Positions 16,327 to 19,587 of a stretch of DNA of 19,587 nucleotides are shown piece by piece. Positions within the stretch are counted from its first letter, which is position 1. Each line of letters begins with the position of its first letter. The notes below the pieces were generated by a model. That model searched no databases. It worked only from the letters and a program-made list of their open reading frames with translations, and had not been told where the DNA came from. A program made the translations under genes and the position numbers. Source of the stretch: Deinococcaceae bacterium (GTDB lineage Bacteria; Deinococcota; Deinococci; Deinococcales; Trueperaceae). Where the stretch lies: positions 1 through 19,587 of the forward strand of contig JBDZWC010000049.1 of the NCBI GenBank assembly GCA_040256005.1, written 5' to 3'.

Positions 16327-17205
16327 GTGATCGAGGTCCACTTCGGAGACAACCTCGCTGTGCTCGACACGGTGCCAGACGGGGTGTCCAGGCTCGTGTA
16401 CATCGATCCGCCGTTCAACACGGGCAAGAGGCAAGCTCGCAAGCGGACCCGAAAGGTGCGGGACCCGGCTGGCGATCATCTCGGCTTCAAGGGCCGGCGG
16501 TACCGCACAGAGGTGCTGGCGGAGATGTCGTTCGATGACGCCTTCGCGGGCGATGACTTCCTGGCTTTCCTGGAACCTCGGCTGCGAGAGGCCAAGCGTC
16601 TCCTCACGCCGGACGGCTCGTTCTTCCTGCACCTCGACTTCCGCGAGGTGCATTACGCGAAGGTCCTCTGCGACCAGGTCTTCGGGCGCGACTCGTTCAT
16701 GAACGAGATCGTCTGGGCCTACGACTTCGGCGGTAGGCCCAAGGACCGCTGGCCCGCCAAGCACGACAACATCCTCTGGTACGCACGGGACCCGGGGGAC
16801 TACGTCTACCGCTTCGAGGACGTCGACCGGATCCCATACCTGGCACCCGGCCTGGTGACGCCCGAGAAGGTGCAGAGGGGCAAGGTTCCGACAGACGTGT
16901 GGTGGCAGACGATCGTCCCCACGAACGGCAAGGAGCGCACCGGCTACCCGACCCAGAAGCCGCTCAAGCTCCTCGAGCGCATCGTCCGAGTGCACTCGCA
17001 TCCGAACGACCTGGTCGTGGACTTCTTCGCCGGCAGCGGCACCACGGGCGAGGCTGCCGCTCGTCATGGCCGGCGGGCGCTGTTGGTGGACGACAACCCC
17101 GAGGCGCTGGAGGTGATGGCGAGGCGGTTGGACAGATACGACGCGAGGTTCGTGGGATGGCCCGAGTCGCCGCGTGACAGCGCGTTATCCCTCGACGAAC
17201 CATGA
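16327..17205 (+). CDS. Orphan site-specific DNA amino-methyltransferase (N6-A/N4-C), beta class
   Basis: GDNL, motif IV YIDPPFNTG precedes YPTQKP and motif I DFFAGSGTTG; no adjacent endonuclease; TAGAGT 7 nt before GTG 16327. Confidence 0.92.
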   Translation: MIEVHFGDNLAVLDTVPDGVSRLVYIDPPFNTGKRQARKRTRKVRDPAGDHLGFKGRRYRTEVLAEMSFDDAFAGDDFLAFLEPRLREAKRLLTPDGSFFLHLDFREVHYAKVLCDQVFGRDSFMNEIVWAYDFGGRPKDRWPAKHDNILWYARDPGDYVYRFEDVDRIPYLAPGLVTPEKVQRGKVPTDVWWQTIVPTNGKERTGYPTQKPLKLLERIVRVHSHPNDLVVDFFAGSGTTGEAAARHGRRALLVDDNPEALEVMARRLDRYDARFVGWPESPRDSALSLDEP

Positions 17206-17403
17206 CCTCGTTGTCTCTCTTGAGACGGATGCGACGCTACATGTCGCGACCACACGTGAGAATGCTAGCGGGCGTGGCGGGATCCGCTTCGGGGGGAGTG
17301 TCTCCCGCCCCGCCGCACACCTCGCCCCGCCACGACCGTGCTTTGCGGTACGCAGGGGCGACGGGCGTGCGCCTGCCCAGCCACCGGGCGTAGTCTGGCC
17401 CCC

Positions 17404-18516
17404 ATGTCGCGCTCGCCATCGGGCCGCACCTCTCACGGGCCGCGCACAGTGGGAGTACCGGCGAGGCTGGCCGCCGGCGTGAAGCGCCTCCCATCCTCCT
17501 ACTTCGCCGTGGTCATGGCGACGGGCGTGATCGCCGTCGCCGCGCTAGAGCTCGGCGTGCCGGTCCTCCCGCAGGTGCTAGGGGTCCTCAACGTCATCGC
17601 GTATCTGGTGCTGTGGGTGCTCACGGTATTGCGGCTGGTCAGGCACGGGGCGGAGTTCAAGAGCGACCTCTTCGACCACGTGAACGGCCCCGGTTTCTTC
17701 ACGGCGGTGGCGGCAACCGGCGTCCTTGGCAGCCAGTTCGTCGTGCTCTGGGGATCCCACGGCGTGGCGGCGGCCTTGTGGTCGCTTACGCTCGCGCTCT
17801 GGACGCTGCTCACCTTCGCCGTGTTCGCCGGGTTGACGGTCAAGGAGTCCAAGCCGAACCTGGCGGGAGGTATCACGGGCGGGTGGCTGCTGGCTGTCGT
17901 CGCCACTCAATCTGTCGTCGTGCTGGCCATGCAGATCGCTCCGGCGGTGCCTGACTCGCTGCTGCCGCAGCTGTGGTTCCTGGCGTTGTCGATGTGGTTG
18001 TGGGGCGGGATGCTCTACGTCTGGCTGATGGCGCTGATCTTCTACCGCTACGTGTTCTACGCGTTCTCGCCCCAGGACCTCACGCCGCCCTACTGGATCA
18101 ACATGGGTGCCATGGCCATCTCGACCTTGGCCGGCACGTTCCTCATCGCCAACGGTCGCACGGCGAGCTCGGCTCTGCTGACTGCGATCGAGCCGCTGCT
18201 GCAGGGCGTCACGATCCTCTTCTGGGCGACGGGCACCTGGTGGATCCCCATGCTCGTCGTTCTGGGCGTGTGGCGTCACGTCATCAAGCGGTTCCCCCTG
18301 AGCTACGACCCCGCCTACTGGGGGATGGTGTTCCCGCTGGGCATGTACACGCTGTGCACGCACCATCTGGTCGCCGCGCTCGACCTCGGCTTCCTCGAGG
18401 GCATCGCCAGGGTCTTCGTCTACGTCGCGATCGCAGCCTGGGTCGCCACGTTCTGGGGGCTGCTCAGGTCGCTCGTCCTGGGAGCGCGCGGCTCCCTCAC
18501 GGCCAGCGGCGCATGA
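17404..18516 (+). CDS. Tellurite-resistance/C4-dicarboxylate transporter (SLAC1/TDT family)
   Basis: SYFAVVMATG, GFFTAVAA, GGWLLAVVATQS, PPYWINMGAMAISTLAG, YWGMVFPLGMY; about 10 hydrophobic segments; TAGTCT 7 nt before ATG 17404. Confidence 0.9.
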   Translation: MSRSPSGRTSHGPRTVGVPARLAAGVKRLPSSYFAVVMATGVIAVAALELGVPVLPQVLGVLNVIAYLVLWVLTVLRLVRHGAEFKSDLFDHVNGPGFFTAVAATGVLGSQFVVLWGSHGVAAALWSLTLALWTLLTFAVFAGLTVKESKPNLAGGITGGWLLAVVATQSVVVLAMQIAPAVPDSLLPQLWFLALSMWLWGGMLYVWLMALIFYRYVFYAFSPQDLTPPYWINMGAMAISTLAGTFLIANGRTASSALLTAIEPLLQGVTILFWATGTWWIPMLVVLGVWRHVIKRFPLSYDPAYWGMVFPLGMYTLCTHHLVAALDLGFLEGIARVFVYVAIAAWVATFWGLLRSLVLGARGSLTASGA

Positions 18517-19361
18517 CCGTTCTCGAGGCGCACGTATGCGCGGCCTGCGGGGCGCACTATCCCGCCGACGTGGCCGCGCCCGACGTGTGTCGGATCTGCA
18601 CCGACGAGAGGCAGTACGTGCCGCCAGGGGGCCAGCTCTGGCTGAGGCTCACTGACCTCGTCTCGAGCCGCTCCAACCGCATCGAAGAGGTAGAGCCTCA
18701 CCTGTTCGGCGTTGGCGTCGAGCCGGAAGTGGGCATCGGCCAGCGCGCGCTCCTCGTGAGGACGCCCCAGGGCAACGTGTTGTGGGACTGCGTGCCGGTA
18801 CTGACAGACGAGGGCCGTGCCCGGCTGGAAGCGCTCGGTGGCGTTGCTGCCATCGCCGTGTCGCACCCTCATTTCTACACGGGCATCGCTCACGTCGCAG
18901 AGCGGCTGGACGCGGTCGTCTACCTGCACGAGGCAGACCGCGAACACGTCACGTTCCCTAGCCCCAGCATCCGGTTCTGGAGCGGAGAGCGCGAGAGGTT
19001 GCCGGGTGGCATCACGCTGATCCGCGCCGGCGGCCACTTCGCGGGCGGCACGGTACTGCACTGGCCGGCCGGCGCCGGTGGCTCCGGAGCGCTGCTGACC
19101 AGCGACATCATCACGGTCATCCCCGACCGCTCGCACGTCTCGTTCCTCTACTCCTACCCGAACCAGATCCCGCTGCCGGTGCGTGAGGTCGAAAGGGTTG
19201 GCGCCGCGGTGGAGCCGTTCGAGTTCACGCGCATCCACGGCGGCTGGTGGGGGAGGGTCATCGAGGCTGGAGCCAAGGACGTCGTGCGCAGGTCCGTGGA
19301 GCGCTACGGACGAGCGATCCGCGGCAGGCTAGACGGGGCGGACCTACCCTGGCCCACCTGA
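18513..19361 (+). CDS. MBL-fold metallo-hydrolase with N-terminal Cys-rich zinc-ribbon-like segment
   Basis: CAACG...CRICTDERQYV, IGQRALL, NVLWDC, SHPHFY, GGHFAG, FLYSYPN; ATGA overlap with transporter stop (the track's 17973 start is too far upstream). Confidence 0.88.
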   Translation: MTVLEAHVCAACGAHYPADVAAPDVCRICTDERQYVPPGGQLWLRLTDLVSSRSNRIEEVEPHLFGVGVEPEVGIGQRALLVRTPQGNVLWDCVPVLTDEGRARLEALGGVAAIAVSHPHFYTGIAHVAERLDAVVYLHEADREHVTFPSPSIRFWSGERERLPGGITLIRAGGHFAGGTVLHWPAGAGGSGALLTSDIITVIPDRSHVSFLYSYPNQIPLPVREVERVGAAVEPFEFTRIHGGWWGRVIEAGAKDVVRRSVERYGRAIRGRLDGADLPWPT

Positions 19362-19408
19362 CCGCGAACTGCTGTCCGGCGGCACGTCGGCCGTCGTGCG
19401 CGGTGCGC

Positions 19409-19585
19409 TCAAGCGGGCAGCTCGACCCGGAACACGGCGCCCCCGCCCGGCGCGTTCGCCGCGCTGACCACGCCCCCGTGTAGCTCCACCAGCGTCTTGA
19501 CGATCGCTAGGCCGATGCCGCTGCCGCCCTTGGCCCGCGACCTGGCGTCGTCGGCGCGCACGAAGCGCTCGAAGATGCGCCCTTC
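19409..19585 (-). CDS. C-terminal HATPase_c domain of a sensor histidine kinase (partial)
   Basis: Minus strand reads [58 protein letters not shown] (F and G2 boxes). Confidence 0.92.
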   Translation of the reverse strand, partial: EGRIFERFVRADDARSRAKGGSGIGLAIVKTLVELHGGVVSAANAPGGGAVFRVELPA

Positions 19586-19587
19586 CT

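Noticed and set aside
19409..19450. Possible frameshift in the histidine kinase G-run
   Set aside because: Recount gives five C's on the plus strand; the frame is intact ([13 protein letters not shown]).
1..19587. CRISPR arrays, tRNA/rRNA, IS elements, tandem repeats
   Set aside because: No regularly spaced repeats, cloverleaf, rRNA-like sequence, transposase or terminal inverted repeats were seen by eye.

Overview
High-GC bacterial window. Several genes have a TANNNT -10 box 5-7 nt before the start codon and no SD, suggesting leaderless transcription as in Deinococcota/Actinobacteria (inference). (1) 164-3753 is a compositionally distinct three-gene island: a Sau3AI/MutH-family restriction endonuclease, a divergent C5-cytosine methyltransferase, and a Mig-type HhH-GPD T:G mismatch glycosylase (E-x-x-L-R-R, GxY, no MutY C-terminal domain) where Vsr would normally sit. 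An AlkD-family glycosylase lies just beyond it. (2) 4544-15406 is an uncharacterised sugar-acid/amino-sugar-acid catabolic cluster: GH-like TIM barrel, 5-dehydro-4-deoxyglucarate dehydratase, GntR regulator, peptide-type ABC SBP and two permeases (no ATPase), beta-hydroxyacid dehydrogenase, CE4-like deacetylase, D-2-hydroxyacid dehydrogenase, fold-III PLP enzyme and RidA. The first permease appears to start at a non-canonical ATC. (3) 15410-19587 holds TfoX-N, a DCC thiol-disulfide protein, an orphan beta-class amino-MTase, a SLAC1/TDT transporter, an MBL-fold hydrolase and the 3' end of a histidine kinase. All family calls are motif recognition by eye; no searches were run.
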